Shown here in pieces: positions 28,888 through 39,189 of a stretch of DNA of 64,000 nucleotides; position 1 is the first letter of the stretch; each line of letters starts with the position of its first letter. Below the pieces are notes generated by a model that worked only from the letters and a program-made list of their open reading frames with translations, was not told where the DNA came from and made no database searches. Source of the DNA: Candidatus Iainarchaeum sp. (GTDB lineage: Archaea > Iainarchaeota > Iainarchaeia > Iainarchaeales > JAXPJC01); NCBI GenBank assembly GCA_016187745.1, contig JACPJC010000009.1, forward strand, positions 1,118 to 65,117. The letters are read 5' to 3'. The translations under genes and the position numbers were made by a program.

Positions 28888-29466
28888 TCATAATTTCTTA
28901 ACCAGGAATTTCTCCCCCTTTATTTTCTTAAAACCGAATCTTTTTGCTATTCCATAATACAGTGCCCTGATTGCATTCCTGCGCTCCGGGCTAAGCAGCT
29001 TCCACAATACGGCAGGATTTGCCTCAGGCCTGAGAAGCTTGACATTTATGAATTTCAGCCTTCTTGCGTGTTCTATTGCAGTGCCTACCAAATAATTCGC
29101 CCATGTTGTTTTTGCATTTTTGCCAAACAGAATTAATTTGTCCTTGAATTCCAGCCCCTGTATTTCATATATTTTCAGGGTTCCCCTGGCAAAACCAAGG
29201 GCAAGGTTTGCCAATTCCCGGCTTCTGGAATCCGCAAGCACTATTCCAAATGCCCCGGGCTGATAAGTGTGTCTTTTACTGAATTGTAATTTGTAGCCTG
29301 GAACCCCTTCTGTTGGAAATGTGCCGAGATAATGCCTTCCGTATTTTCTTCTCCTTGCGCTTTCCAGCGTGCTTAATTTCTTATATGAAATGCCAGCGCC
29401 AAGTATGGGTATTTTTATTTTTGGACCGATGTTCTGTGCAGGTTTTCCCATTATTTCTGCCTCCAT
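28888..29466 (-). CDS. Hypothetical protein embedded in the pyrimidine operon
   Basis: 192 aa, no recognised motifs; overlaps 3' end of pyrK by 16 nt and is followed 12 nt later by pyrC (same strand). Confidence 0.4.
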   Translation of the reverse strand: MEAEIMGKPAQNIGPKIKIPILGAGISYKKLSTLESARRRKYGRHYLGTFPTEGVPGYKLQFSKRHTYQPGAFGIVLADSRSRELANLALGFARGTLKIYEIQGLEFKDKLILFGKNAKTTWANYLVGTAIEHARRLKFINVKLLRPEANPAVLWKLLSPERRNAIRALYYGIAKRFGFKKIKGEKFLVKKL

Positions 29467-30254
29467 TCCGCATATTCCTTCAGTGGCACTTTCCTTCCTG
29501 TCTTTAGCCGCGCTGAATTCCCGAACTCAAGCATTTTCTTCAGCATTTCATTCCCGAATACCGGCCCATCAGCGCATACCCTTATTCCATTTACCGAACA
29601 CTGCCCGCAGATTCCAAGGCCCCCGCATTTCATAAAGCGCTCAAGGCTTGCCTGCAGGGGGATTTTGTGGCTTTCGCAGATTTCAAAAACGCGCCTCATC
29701 ATTGGTTCTGGCCCGCAGCAAAAAACAGCATCAAATTTTTCCCCCTCACCCAATAATCTTTCAAGCACCTGCGTATTGAATCCTTTTTCCCCCGCGCTTC
29801 CATCATCTGTTGTTATGTATAACTCCGAGCACTTTTTCAGGCGCTCTTCAAACAGCAAATCATTTTTAGTGCGCGCGCCCAAAATAAATTCCGGATTTTG
29901 CAATGCTTCCGCAAGCGGTACAAGCGGGGCAGCCCCTATCCCTCCGGCAACAATACATGCGCTCCTTGCCTTTCCTGCATCAAACCCATTCCCATAAGGC
30001 CCCCTGATTCCAAGCACTTCCCCCGCTCGCATTTCATGCATTTTTTCCGTTGCTTTTCCCTTCTTCTGGACTGTGATTGCAATATCGCCTGAGATTTTTG
30101 AGAGAGAAAACGGCTTCTCATCAATGCGAGGTATCCACACCATTATGAACTGCCCTGGCTTCGCATCCAACTGCGCATCCAGCACAAATGTTTTCACATT
30201 TGAATTTTCATTTATTATTTCCTTTATTGCAACCCCGACAGGATAATCAAGCAT
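29451..30254 (-). CDS. pyrK: Dihydroorotate dehydrogenase electron-transfer subunit (FAD/2Fe-2S)
   Basis: FNR-like fold plus C-terminal CGGLGICGQCSVNGIRVCADGPVF 2Fe-2S Cys cluster. Confidence 0.8.
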   Translation of the reverse strand: MLDYPVGVAIKEIINENSNVKTFVLDAQLDAKPGQFIMVWIPRIDEKPFSLSKISGDIAITVQKKGKATEKMHEMRAGEVLGIRGPYGNGFDAGKARSACIVAGGIGAAPLVPLAEALQNPEFILGARTKNDLLFEERLKKCSELYITTDDGSAGEKGFNTQVLERLLGEGEKFDAVFCCGPEPMMRRVFEICESHKIPLQASLERFMKCGGLGICGQCSVNGIRVCADGPVFGNEMLKKMLEFGNSARLKTGRKVPLKEYAEWRQK

Positions 30255-31158
30255 GCGCCTGCCCCCTTATTTCTTCAAGGCTTTTTACCTTGTTCTTTTT
30301 CATCCACATTTCCATTTCCCTGCAGACCTGCGCAAAAATATTCATTCCCCTGTAATAGATTCCGGAGCCAATTCCAATTGCTGTTGCGCCTGCAAGAATC
30401 ATTTCAATAGCATCCCTTCCTGTAAGAATGCCCCCGACCCCTATTATGGGGATTTTCACGCTCTCATAAACATCATAGACGCATCTCACAGCAACAGGCC
30501 TGAGCGCAGGGCCTGAAATGCCACCGCACTTGAAATCAAGAACGGGCTTCCTGCTGTTTATGTCAATCAGCATTCCCGGTCCAAGGGTATTAACAGCAGT
30601 AATTGCGCTTGCGCCTGCTTTTTCAGCAGATTTTGCAAGCTCCCCTATGCCCGGGACATTCGGGGAGAGCTTCACAAAAATCGGAAGCCTTGTTTTTTCC
30701 CTTACCGCATTTGTAATTGCGCTTGTCGCTTCCGGGGTTCCCTGCCCCGCAAGCAATCCGAATCCGGGAGTATGGGGGCAGGAAAGAGGCAGTTCAATTG
30801 CGGAAAACTGGTGCAATGAATCTATTTCCCCTGCGAGAAGCGCAAATTCTTCCGGCTTCTCGGCAACAATGCTTGCAATTATTGGAATTTTAATTCCGGA
30901 TAAATCTGCAAATTCTTTCTTTGCCTCCTCAATTCCCGCATTGCTGTAGCCGACGGCATTCATAATCCCTGCCTCAAAGCCGATTATTGTGGGGTTATGG
31001 TGCCCCTCCCTCGGATTCAGGGTAATTGATTTTATTGTTGCTGCGCCCGCGCCGGAATCGGAAACCCTCTGGAGAAGCTCCCTGCTCACTCCCAAAATGC
31101 CCGAAGCTAAAATAGTTGGATTCTTCAGCCTCAAATTGCACAAATCAACTTCCAGCAA
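30247..31158 (-). CDS. pyrD: Dihydroorotate dehydrogenase catalytic subunit (class 1B)
   Basis: NPTILASGILG...IELPLSCPHTPG...IIGVGGI patterns of class 1 DHODH. Confidence 0.85.
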   Translation of the reverse strand: MLEVDLCNLRLKNPTILASGILGVSRELLQRVSDSGAGAATIKSITLNPREGHHNPTIIGFEAGIMNAVGYSNAGIEEAKKEFADLSGIKIPIIASIVAEKPEEFALLAGEIDSLHQFSAIELPLSCPHTPGFGLLAGQGTPEATSAITNAVREKTRLPIFVKLSPNVPGIGELAKSAEKAGASAITAVNTLGPGMLIDINSRKPVLDFKCGGISGPALRPVAVRCVYDVYESVKIPIIGVGGILTGRDAIEMILAGATAIGIGSGIYYRGMNIFAQVCREMEMWMKKNKVKSLEEIRGQAHA

Positions 31159-31215
31159 CTAACTCCCTTTAAAATTAGAGCAAATGTTATTAATAATTTT
31201 TGCAATGGCAAAGCG

Positions 31216-31671
31216 CTATTTCACTGAATTGAATATTTCGCTTTCATCCATTTCCCTTTCACAATAGCGGCATTTTGCCCTGAGCGGCGCATCAGAAATT
31301 GAGAATTTTGTCGCGATGCTTTCCGCATTGGTTATGCAGTTCGGATTGATGCATTTTATTGTTCCATTCACGGATTTCGGCAGCTCAATTTTATTTTTAT
31401 TTGCAACATTTGAATTTTTTATTATGTTGAGCGTTGCGCCCCTTGCAATGAGCGCAATCTTGTTTATTTCCTCCCCGCTTAATTCCTTCCCCTCAATAAA
31501 TACAAGGTCCTTCCTTCCAAGCTTCCCGCTTTCAGTGTTTATCGCAAGCGTAATCGCATGCTGGTGCCCCAATTTCAATAATTCAAGTATTTTGAGCGCG
31601 CTCCCCACCTTCAAATGGTCAAGCACGGTTCCATTGCTTATTGGGGTCAGGCGGATGTCATCGTTCTTCAT
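31216..31671 (-). CDS. pyrI: Aspartate carbamoyltransferase regulatory subunit
   Basis: LTPISNGTVLDHL and zinc domain CINPNCITN...CRYCERE. Confidence 0.85.
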   Translation of the reverse strand: MKNDDIRLTPISNGTVLDHLKVGSALKILELLKLGHQHAITLAINTESGKLGRKDLVFIEGKELSGEEINKIALIARGATLNIIKNSNVANKNKIELPKSVNGTIKCINPNCITNAESIATKFSISDAPLRAKCRYCEREMDESEIFNSVK

Positions 31672-32606
31672 TTTTCATTCCCCAAAGTGTTAAGTATTGC
31701 TTCCCTCACAGGAATTCCATTCGCAGCCTGCTGGAAATAAAGCGCGGCATCAGTCTCATCAATCTCGGTTGAAATCTCATTTATCCTCGGCAGGGGATGC
31801 ATTATCCTGAACCTGCTTTTCGTGCGCTGCAGGATTTCCTTCGTAAGAATGTAAACATCCTTTATCCTCTCGTATTCCAGGGGGTCTGCAAACCTTTCCT
31901 TCTGGATGCGCGTAGCATACAAAACATCAAGCTCGGGAAGAAATTCATGCAGTTCCGCGCTTTCTCTTATTTTTACCCTGCCCTTTATCGCATTTGCAAT
32001 GTGCCCGGGCATTTTCAGCATCTCCGGGGCAATAAAATAAAGCTCAACATTATCAAACATGCTTAGCGCCACTGCCAAGCTGTGCACTGTTCTCCCATAT
32101 TTCAGATCCCCGAGCATTCCGATCTTCAAGCCATCAATTTTTCCGAATTCCCTGCGCATTGTGTAGAGGTCCAGCAAAGTTTGCGTAGGGTGCTGGTTGC
32201 TCCCATCCCCCGCATTTATTACGGGTTTTGCGCTGACTTCAGCAGCGCGCCTTGCGCTCCCATCAAGCGGATGGCGCATTACAATTACATCAGAATATTT
32301 CTCAACCATCCTAATTGTATCTGAAAGCGTTTCGCCCTTCTTCTGGCTTGTTGCATTCGCATCCGAAAAGCCCACAACCTTCGCCCCAAGATTCTGAGCG
32401 GCTGTTTCAAAGCTGAGCCTTGTCCGGGTGGAAGGCTCAAAAAAGAGCGAAGCGACAACCTTCCCGGAAAGAAGCGCATTTTTCTCCTCAATCCGCATCG
32501 CCTCAAGCCTTGAGGCCTGGCTGAGTATGAAATTCATGTCACTGAGGGAAAAATCATTTATGGAAATTACATCCGCAAGCGCGAAATTCGACCTTTCAAT
32601 GAGCAC
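31668..32606 (-). CDS. pyrB: Aspartate carbamoyltransferase catalytic subunit
   Basis: FEPSTRTRLSFE (STRTR carbamoyl-phosphate motif), HPLP, overall ATCase pattern. Confidence 0.9.
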   Translation of the reverse strand: MLIERSNFALADVISINDFSLSDMNFILSQASRLEAMRIEEKNALLSGKVVASLFFEPSTRTRLSFETAAQNLGAKVVGFSDANATSQKKGETLSDTIRMVEKYSDVIVMRHPLDGSARRAAEVSAKPVINAGDGSNQHPTQTLLDLYTMRREFGKIDGLKIGMLGDLKYGRTVHSLAVALSMFDNVELYFIAPEMLKMPGHIANAIKGRVKIRESAELHEFLPELDVLYATRIQKERFADPLEYERIKDVYILTKEILQRTKSRFRIMHPLPRINEISTEIDETDAALYFQQAANGIPVREAILNTLGNEK

Positions 32607-32654
32607 CCAAACCCTTTATAATATTGAAATCAGGAATATTTAATCATTTCCCTT

Positions 32655-35600
32655 TCAGAACTCTTCCTTCGCTGATTTCAGCCTCATGCTCCCCTTGAAA
32701 TAGCCGAACATGATTATGAGCAGCATCTCCGCTATTGCGATAATGGCCGCGGCATAGAAGTCAACGAAGCGGTTTACTGCAAGCGGCAGAATGAACGCAA
32801 TTACGCTCAGCAGCGCCCTTGCAAGCATCTCGCGCTTTCTCTCTTCCGAGCTTTTTGCCCCCTCCCCGAACAAGTAATAGGAATACCTGTATGTGAGCAC
32901 AGCAGCAATCCCGCAAAGCACAACAAGCAGTATAAGGAGCAATGGCGCCTCAACAATTGTTTTCCCGAACAATAATTTCGCAATGTTTGTGAGGAACTGC
33001 TGCATTGTAAGGCCTGCAGCAACTGCGCTGAACTGGCTTTTTATCCTGTTTGCGCATACCTGCACCCTTACATCATAGGTTGCAATTTCCAATGGCTCAT
33101 ATGTAATGAGGCCTTCGGCATCTGAAGATTCAATAACCTTCTTGTGCTGCCAGGAGATTTCCGCGCTTGTATTTTTTATTGTTCCAAGCATCGGGTGCTT
33201 TGCCCTTATTTCCGCCTTTTCCCCGATGGGAACTTCCCTTGTTATGTCAACAACAATCAGGTTGCTGTTCATGTCAATAGGGTCAGTAAGGTCGTATTTT
33301 ATTTCCTGGCCATCCATTACGCAATCATCGTCGCTGTCGGCATCTTCCGGATTTGTATGGTATTTTGTTACTTCATCCTCATCAGTTATGCCGTCATTGT
33401 CAGAATCCTTTCCCGGGAGGAATATGAACGGGCATGCGCTTCCCGTCAATCCATTTTCCTCATCCACAAGGCCATCCAGATCGTCATCAATGCTGTTTCC
33501 GCAGATTTCCGCCACAATATTTGCGCAGCCCTCATCCGCTTCGCCATTATCATTGTCATCAATGCCGTTTCCGCATATCTCCCCGCAGCCCTCATCAATG
33601 CCCCCATCCAAATCATTGTCAGTTCCATCGCCGCAAACCTCAATGCATTCCGGGTCATCCTGGTCTATCAGCGCATCGCCGTCATCATCAACTGCATTGT
33701 TGCATATTTCCCCTGACTTTATGAGAATGCTTGCTGTTGCGGAATTGTTGTTCTCGTTTGCGCCCTCATCAACGCTATTGGAAGAATCGGCAACAACATG
33801 GATTGCAACTGTCCCATCAAGCCCCGCTGAATCGAATGTGAATTGCGCTGTTGCCGAGGCGCCGGAGGCAAGCCCCTGGATTGTTACTGTGCCAATGTCA
33901 TATTGCATCCCATTCTCAGCCCTGTAGGCGCGCACATTGAAAGTTCCCGCATCCTGCTGCCCGATATTCTGCATTGTTGCGGTTATTGCTGCCGGAGAGC
34001 CCTTTGCAAGTGTTTTCGGCGCAGAAATGCTTTTCAGCCACAGGTCCGCATTAGCGCTGCTCATTGTTATTGTAATGCCCCTGCTGTTGTTGGTTTCATC
34101 ACTCTCAGCTGTGCTGTTCGTTGAATCGGCATTCACATCATATGCAACGCTCCCTGTTTTTCCTGAAGTGTCAACGCTGAACTGCACCATCTCGCTTTCA
34201 TTGCCCGGGGAGAAGAGCAGTGAGAAGGAATCCGCAATTTTCAGCAATGGCGCCGCAGCTGCAGCAGCAATCCCGCAGAGAGCCGCATTAATCTGCGCGC
34301 CGTCCTGGGTGCAAAGCCTGCTTGCAGAAATGCTTTTTGAATCCTTCCTTGCCGGGGCGCCCGCAATTTTCTCAAACAATCCGATTTCAATTGCTGATTG
34401 CACGGCCTGCATGCCGATATTCTGTATTGTTGCCGTAAGTGTAATAATTTCCCCCGGGGTTGCAAGCAGCTTGCTTGCAACAAGCCCAGAAACAATCAAA
34501 TCAGGGAGGTTTGCTATTATCAACAGCTGCGCCGTTGCTGTGTTGTTTGTTTCGCTTTGTTCGGAAATCTTTACATCATAATCCGCATATACTGCAAATG
34601 ACACAATTCCCGAGAGGGCAGATGTTGAAACACCGGTGAATGAAATTTGCGCTGATTCGTTGACTGCCAGCGCATTTATGGTCTTTGTCTGCAGCAGCAC
34701 CCCGCTCTGCGAGGTTCCCCTGTACAATGCGATGTTTACTGCGCCCGAAGCGACATTTCCAATATTCTTCACAGTTGCATTTAATGTCGCTGCTGTGCCG
34801 CTTGCAACTGACGCAGGGGAAAAGCCTGCCGAGCTTATTGTAAAATCAGGGGCATTTGTCGGCGGGGAGATTGTTACGGTAATTCCCTGCTGATTGTTGT
34901 TTTCATTCTGCTCATTTATGCTGTTGGCATTGTCCGCGAACAATGTAAAAAGCGCATCCCCACTCAGTGCGCTTGTATCAACCAATGGGAACTCGACTGC
35001 TGCTGTGGAATTTGCCTGAAGCTGGGCAATCTGCACTGACTGCAGAAGGGTTCCGGCGCCCGTTCCCAAATACAAGCCGACATTGAATGGCTGGGTGATG
35101 TTTGCTGCAGAATTGTTCCTTATTGCTGCGGAAAAGCTTATTGCCGTTGATTGCGGCACTGACGCGCCCGGATAAACCGAAAAGGAATCAATGCTCAAAT
35201 CCCATGAGCTTTCAGACAGCACCTGGCAGTAAAGCGTCAAATCATGCAGCGATGGCGTTGTTGCAGCATCAGTTGTTTCAAGCGCAGCCTCAATTTTCGC
35301 ATATCTCCCGTTCTGATTGCTGAGCGTTGCAGGTGCGCTTGTGTAATATGCGGACCATGATGCCGTTGCAAGCCCATCAGCAGTATTTGCGCTTTTTATG
35401 CGGAATTTCACATTTGTATTTGCAGGCTTTGTCGCATTCCATCCAATTGAGGAGAATGCCGCATTTGCGGTTGCATCAAAATCAAGCTGCAGGCTTCCGC
35501 TTAACTGGCTGCTCGCCAATTTTACATCATCCGGGCTGCTTGTTGTATCAACATTATTCGCAATTCCGTATTCCCACTGCGCCTTCGTTGTCCATGTCCC

Positions 35601-38600
35601 CGGGCAGCCGGAAAGTATTTGCGTGATTGTTATTGGTATGCTATCACTATCAGTTCCGCCGAGATTGTCAGTTACTGTCAATGTAACTGTATAATTCCCT
35701 GCAATTGAATAAATGTGCGTTGCAGCAGCACTGCCTGCGCCACCCCCATCCCCGAAGTCCCATGCGTAGCTAACTATTGTGCCATCGCTGTCATATGAAG
35801 CAGAGCCGTCAAATGCGATTGTTTCCCCCTGAATTGCGGAATATTTATTGGCTGAGGCGCTTGCTGTTGGCGCCTGGTTGTAAGCTGAGCAATTAAGCGT
35901 CAAATCATTGAGTGTTGGCGTTGCTATGGGGTCTGTAGTTTCCAGTGTTGCTTCCACCTGCGCAAATCTTTTGTTGCTATAGCCCGCATAAGTGCTCAAA
36001 TCAGCTGCAGAGGCTGTATAAAAGATTGACCACGCTGCGGAATCCAATGCGCTTTGCGTATCTGCCGTCCTTATTCTGAATTTTACATCAGTATTTGCCG
36101 GCTTTTCGGCAGTCCAGGAAAGGGAAGAGAAAATGCTCTGCGCCTGCGCATCAACTGTTGCAAGCCATGTGCCTGAACTTGCATAGGAGCCTATCGAAGC
36201 CGCGCTTAAATCAAACCAGTCAAAGCTGCCCATGCCCCTTCCATCCCCCGCAAATCCAACTTGCAGGTCTGCGGCACTGCTGAAAAAGCCCGCAGGCAGG
36301 CTGAGCGCATTCCATGTGATACCGTCAGCGCTGTAATACATTGAAATGCCGGAGCCAGCGCGGGCAATTTTAAAATAATATGGATAACTGAAAGATGGAA
36401 CCTGAATTGATACGCTTCTCCCTGAATAATCGTGTGCCAGGATATAATAAGCCGCTCCGCAATAGGGCAGGCACGTGCCCGTGGGGCTTTTTTGCAATCC
36501 AACATAAGCCCATTCAGCCCCAACTTTTGGGCGTATTAAAAAACTTATGCGCGAACCGCAATAACTTTGCCCGGAGCAATATGCAAAGGAATCCAATTTT
36601 GTCTTTGCAGTAAAATCCCCCTTGACATCATCTATGTACAAAAAGCCATAGCCTGCAGATATATCGCCATCAGCGGCAACAATATTCATTTTTCCTGATG
36701 TTTCGCTGTAACTCGCATTGCTGTACGCCTGCCACTTCCATATGCCGCTAACTGCCCCGTCATCAAAATTATCGTAGAATGCAATTGCCTTATTAAGCAG
36801 AATATTTCCGGGGCTTGCTGTTATGTCCGTATTTGCCAATGTGCCATAGGCAAAATCCGCCTGGGTTGTAAAGTGCGCAGGGCAGCCCGCAAATACAGTT
36901 GGCGCGGCAGAAATGTTTATTGTTGCTGTTGCGCTTGCTGTTGCCCCGAGATTATCAGTTACTGTCAATGTGGCAGCATATGTTCCAGGCGCAGAATATG
37001 AATGCGTTGCGCTTGATGTGTTGCCATGCGCTGTTGAATCCCCCCAGTTCCAGTCATAGCCTGCGATTGTCCCATCGGCATCAGTTGAAGTGGATGTGAA
37101 TGTAATTGTTTCCAAGGCGTTTGCGGAGTACTTGCTTGCAGTGAAGCTTGCTGTTGGCGCCTGATTTGTTGCCGTGCAGCTGAGAGTGAGGTCCTGCAGA
37201 ATCGGCGTATAGGAAGTATTGGAAGTTTCAAGGGTTGCCTCAACTCTTGCATATCTCCCTGAAGAAGCATTCAGAGTTGCGGGGGAATTTGTGAAATATG
37301 AGCTCCACGCTGCGGAATCCAATCCCGCAGAACTATCAGCAACCTTGATGCGGCTTTTTATTTCTGTGTAGTTTCTCCTTACATTTGAGATGCGCAGCTC
37401 ATCAATATAGGCATTATAAATTCCTGGAAGCACTGTTTCGGGGTCGCTAGGATTTGTTAAGTGATTGCCCAGCCCATAGCTAATGCAGCTGTCGCCGCAG
37501 TTTGATACATGATTGGCGGTAGCAGTGCCTTCTGCAGCAAGCACGCCCTTTATCCATAATTTCTGCGGCTGCCCATTGCCGTAAGATGCAGCAACATGTG
37601 TCCATGAGTTTATAGGAATCTGGCCCCCAGTAATCAATACATTCTGGCCTGATGCATTGTAAATAAAAGCTATACTTCTATCTTGGTGTAATTTGATATG
37701 GATCGAATCATAACCCGAACCGTTTCTGTTGTTGAATATGAACCTGTTTTCAGTAGGCTCTGCTGTCAAATAAATCCAGAATTCTATTGTGCCTGATACG
37801 GGAGGCGCCCCTGGCCAACTAATCTTATCCGCGCTGTTGTCTGCATAAACCCCCTGCCCGAATTTCCCTGTGCTGAAAGTGTAACCGGAATTTGTGCCTG
37901 TTGTTGCGCCATTGAAATGCTCAAGCAGCGTTGTTGAAGGATCGCTTGTGAATTCACGCTGTGTTGGCACGGGAGATGCGCATATAACTGTGCATTCTTC
38001 AGCCCCGTTATTGTTTGCGCCTTCCCATGCCCCGCAGCCATTGTTGTTCGGGGTTCTTTGGGTGCTTACCCAATTCTCTGAAGGCCCTGCGCCATGGCTG
38101 CTGCCGGTGCCTGTATCGCTCCATGAAAGCCTTGTATCAGAGCCATCGCAGAAGGCGAAGTGCAAATCTTCTGTGGTAAGGCCTGAAATTACCGCTTCAT
38201 TCGCGGTTGAATTCCTCGCGTATATCGCAGAGGCGCCAAAGCTTTCATTCCAGAGCAATTGTGGGAAGGTTGTGCCTGCTGCGCCGGAATCGAAATCCAG
38301 TGAAATAGTGCCCGAACTTGCATAAGCGCCCGAATAAAGCGCTGCAATCTCGCCTGCTGAAAGCGCCCTGTTGTAGATTACGGCCTCATCAATTGTGCCA
38401 TTAAGCTGGCTGCCAAGGGAAGGGTCATATGCCGCAGAATTAAGCGCATTGCTCCCATTCCAACTCATTCCCAGCGCGCCATTGAGATAAATTTTTACAG
38501 CGCTTCCATCATATGTTCCCGCAACATGATACCATGTGTTAAGCTGCAATGTTGTTGCCCACGTATAGGCGGCGATGCTGACGGCATCGTTTCCAACCCA

Positions 38601-39107
38601 AAACTGCGCTTGCCCATCGGGGCGGATGCTAAGCAAATATCCGTTTGACCCCCCATACTTGCCTATAACCGCACCATAGCTGCCGCCCGGATAGCTGTCC
38701 AATTTTACCCATGCGGCCGCTGTAACAACATTTGGGCCCAAACCCGCAGAATTCGGTATGAGCACATGATCATCAACGCCGTCAAAGTGCAATGCATTGC
38801 CAAATACGCCGGAAGAAGTCCAAGTTGGCCCGTTTGTCAGTGTCCCATTATTCCCATTTCCGCTTGAATCTGAAGCTGTTGTTCCTGTTCCCTCATTGAA
38901 ATGCATCAGCAGCTTTGTGCTTGCATCCGCTGCACCGCTTGCCAGAACCACATCCCCCGTGCTTGCAGCAGTGTCAACGCTGGCTTTTGTCCCGGAATCC
39001 CAATCCCCCTGCGAGCTCCAGGTTTTCGGGCACTGTGCGCTTGCATATGGAAAGAGCAGCAGCGCGAATATCGCAGCCAAAAGAGCCGGATAGGCAAGAT
39101 ATTTCAT
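32655..39107 (-). CDS. Giant (2150 aa) cell-surface protein: signal peptide, LamG/ConA-like lectin domains, PKD domains, CARDB-like domains, acidic Cys-rich Ca-binding repeats, C-terminal TM anchors
   Basis: N-terminal signal; LamG-like blocks (LHFDGVDDHVLIP...WYHVAGTYDG), PKD (YDWNWGDS...TLTVTDNLGATASA, YAWDFGDGGG), CARDB-like (FNVGLYLGTG...), DDDGDALIDQDDPEC/CGDGTDNDLDGGIDEGCGEICGNGIDDNDNGEADEGC repeats, three C-terminal hydrophobic helices. Confidence 0.8.
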   Translation of the reverse strand: MKYLAYPALLAAIFALLLFPYASAQCPKTWSSQGDWDSGTKASVDTAASTGDVVLASGAADASTKLLMHFNEGTGTTASDSSGNGNNGTLTNGPTWTSSGVFGNALHFDGVDDHVLIPNSAGLGPNVVTAAAWVKLDSYPGGSYGAVIGKYGGSNGYLLSIRPDGQAQFWVGNDAVSIAAYTWATTLQLNTWYHVAGTYDGSAVKIYLNGALGMSWNGSNALNSAAYDPSLGSQLNGTIDEAVIYNRALSAGEIAALYSGAYASSGTISLDFDSGAAGTTFPQLLWNESFGASAIYARNSTANEAVISGLTTEDLHFAFCDGSDTRLSWSDTGTGSSHGAGPSENWVSTQRTPNNNGCGAWEGANNNGAEECTVICASPVPTQREFTSDPSTTLLEHFNGATTGTNSGYTFSTGKFGQGVYADNSADKISWPGAPPVSGTIEFWIYLTAEPTENRFIFNNRNGSGYDSIHIKLHQDRSIAFIYNASGQNVLITGGQIPINSWTHVAASYGNGQPQKLWIKGVLAAEGTATANHVSNCGDSCISYGLGNHLTNPSDPETVLPGIYNAYIDELRISNVRRNYTEIKSRIKVADSSAGLDSAAWSSYFTNSPATLNASSGRYARVEATLETSNTSYTPILQDLTLSCTATNQAPTASFTASKYSANALETITFTSTSTDADGTIAGYDWNWGDSTAHGNTSSATHSYSAPGTYAATLTVTDNLGATASATATINISAAPTVFAGCPAHFTTQADFAYGTLANTDITASPGNILLNKAIAFYDNFDDGAVSGIWKWQAYSNASYSETSGKMNIVAADGDISAGYGFLYIDDVKGDFTAKTKLDSFAYCSGQSYCGSRISFLIRPKVGAEWAYVGLQKSPTGTCLPYCGAAYYILAHDYSGRSVSIQVPSFSYPYYFKIARAGSGISMYYSADGITWNALSLPAGFFSSAADLQVGFAGDGRGMGSFDWFDLSAASIGSYASSGTWLATVDAQAQSIFSSLSWTAEKPANTDVKFRIRTADTQSALDSAAWSIFYTASAADLSTYAGYSNKRFAQVEATLETTDPIATPTLNDLTLNCSAYNQAPTASASANKYSAIQGETIAFDGSASYDSDGTIVSYAWDFGDGGGAGSAAATHIYSIAGNYTVTLTVTDNLGGTDSDSIPITITQILSGCPGTWTTKAQWEYGIANNVDTTSSPDDVKLASSQLSGSLQLDFDATANAAFSSIGWNATKPANTNVKFRIKSANTADGLATASWSAYYTSAPATLSNQNGRYAKIEAALETTDAATTPSLHDLTLYCQVLSESSWDLSIDSFSVYPGASVPQSTAISFSAAIRNNSAANITQPFNVGLYLGTGAGTLLQSVQIAQLQANSTAAVEFPLVDTSALSGDALFTLFADNANSINEQNENNNQQGITVTISPPTNAPDFTISSAGFSPASVASGTAATLNATVKNIGNVASGAVNIALYRGTSQSGVLLQTKTINALAVNESAQISFTGVSTSALSGIVSFAVYADYDVKISEQSETNNTATAQLLIIANLPDLIVSGLVASKLLATPGEIITLTATIQNIGMQAVQSAIEIGLFEKIAGAPARKDSKSISASRLCTQDGAQINAALCGIAAAAAAPLLKIADSFSLLFSPGNESEMVQFSVDTSGKTGSVAYDVNADSTNSTAESDETNNSRGITITMSSANADLWLKSISAPKTLAKGSPAAITATMQNIGQQDAGTFNVRAYRAENGMQYDIGTVTIQGLASGASATAQFTFDSAGLDGTVAIHVVADSSNSVDEGANENNNSATASILIKSGEICNNAVDDDGDALIDQDDPECIEVCGDGTDNDLDGGIDEGCGEICGNGIDDNDNGEADEGCANIVAEICGNSIDDDLDGLVDEENGLTGSACPFIFLPGKDSDNDGITDEDEVTKYHTNPEDADSDDDCVMDGQEIKYDLTDPIDMNSNLIVVDITREVPIGEKAEIRAKHPMLGTIKNTSAEISWQHKKVIESSDAEGLITYEPLEIATYDVRVQVCANRIKSQFSAVAAGLTMQQFLTNIAKLLFGKTIVEAPLLLILLVVLCGIAAVLTYRYSYYLFGEGAKSSEERKREMLARALLSVIAFILPLAVNRFVDFYAAAIIAIAEMLLIIMFGYFKGSMRLKSAKEEF

Positions 39108-39189
39108 GTCATTTAAGTAATGTCATTTCCTATATATAAACAATATAGTGGGAAGCAAATGCCGCCAAAAAATCAGGGATTGGAATGTG

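Noticed and set aside
33106-34601. Multiple 60-270 aa ORFs on the plus strand inside the giant surface-protein gene (also 35102..35694, 37894..38325, 38797..39139)
   Set aside because: All are antisense to a continuous 2150-aa minus-strand ORF with coherent domain architecture. They have Ser/Pro/Cys-rich low-complexity translations typical of shadow ORFs.
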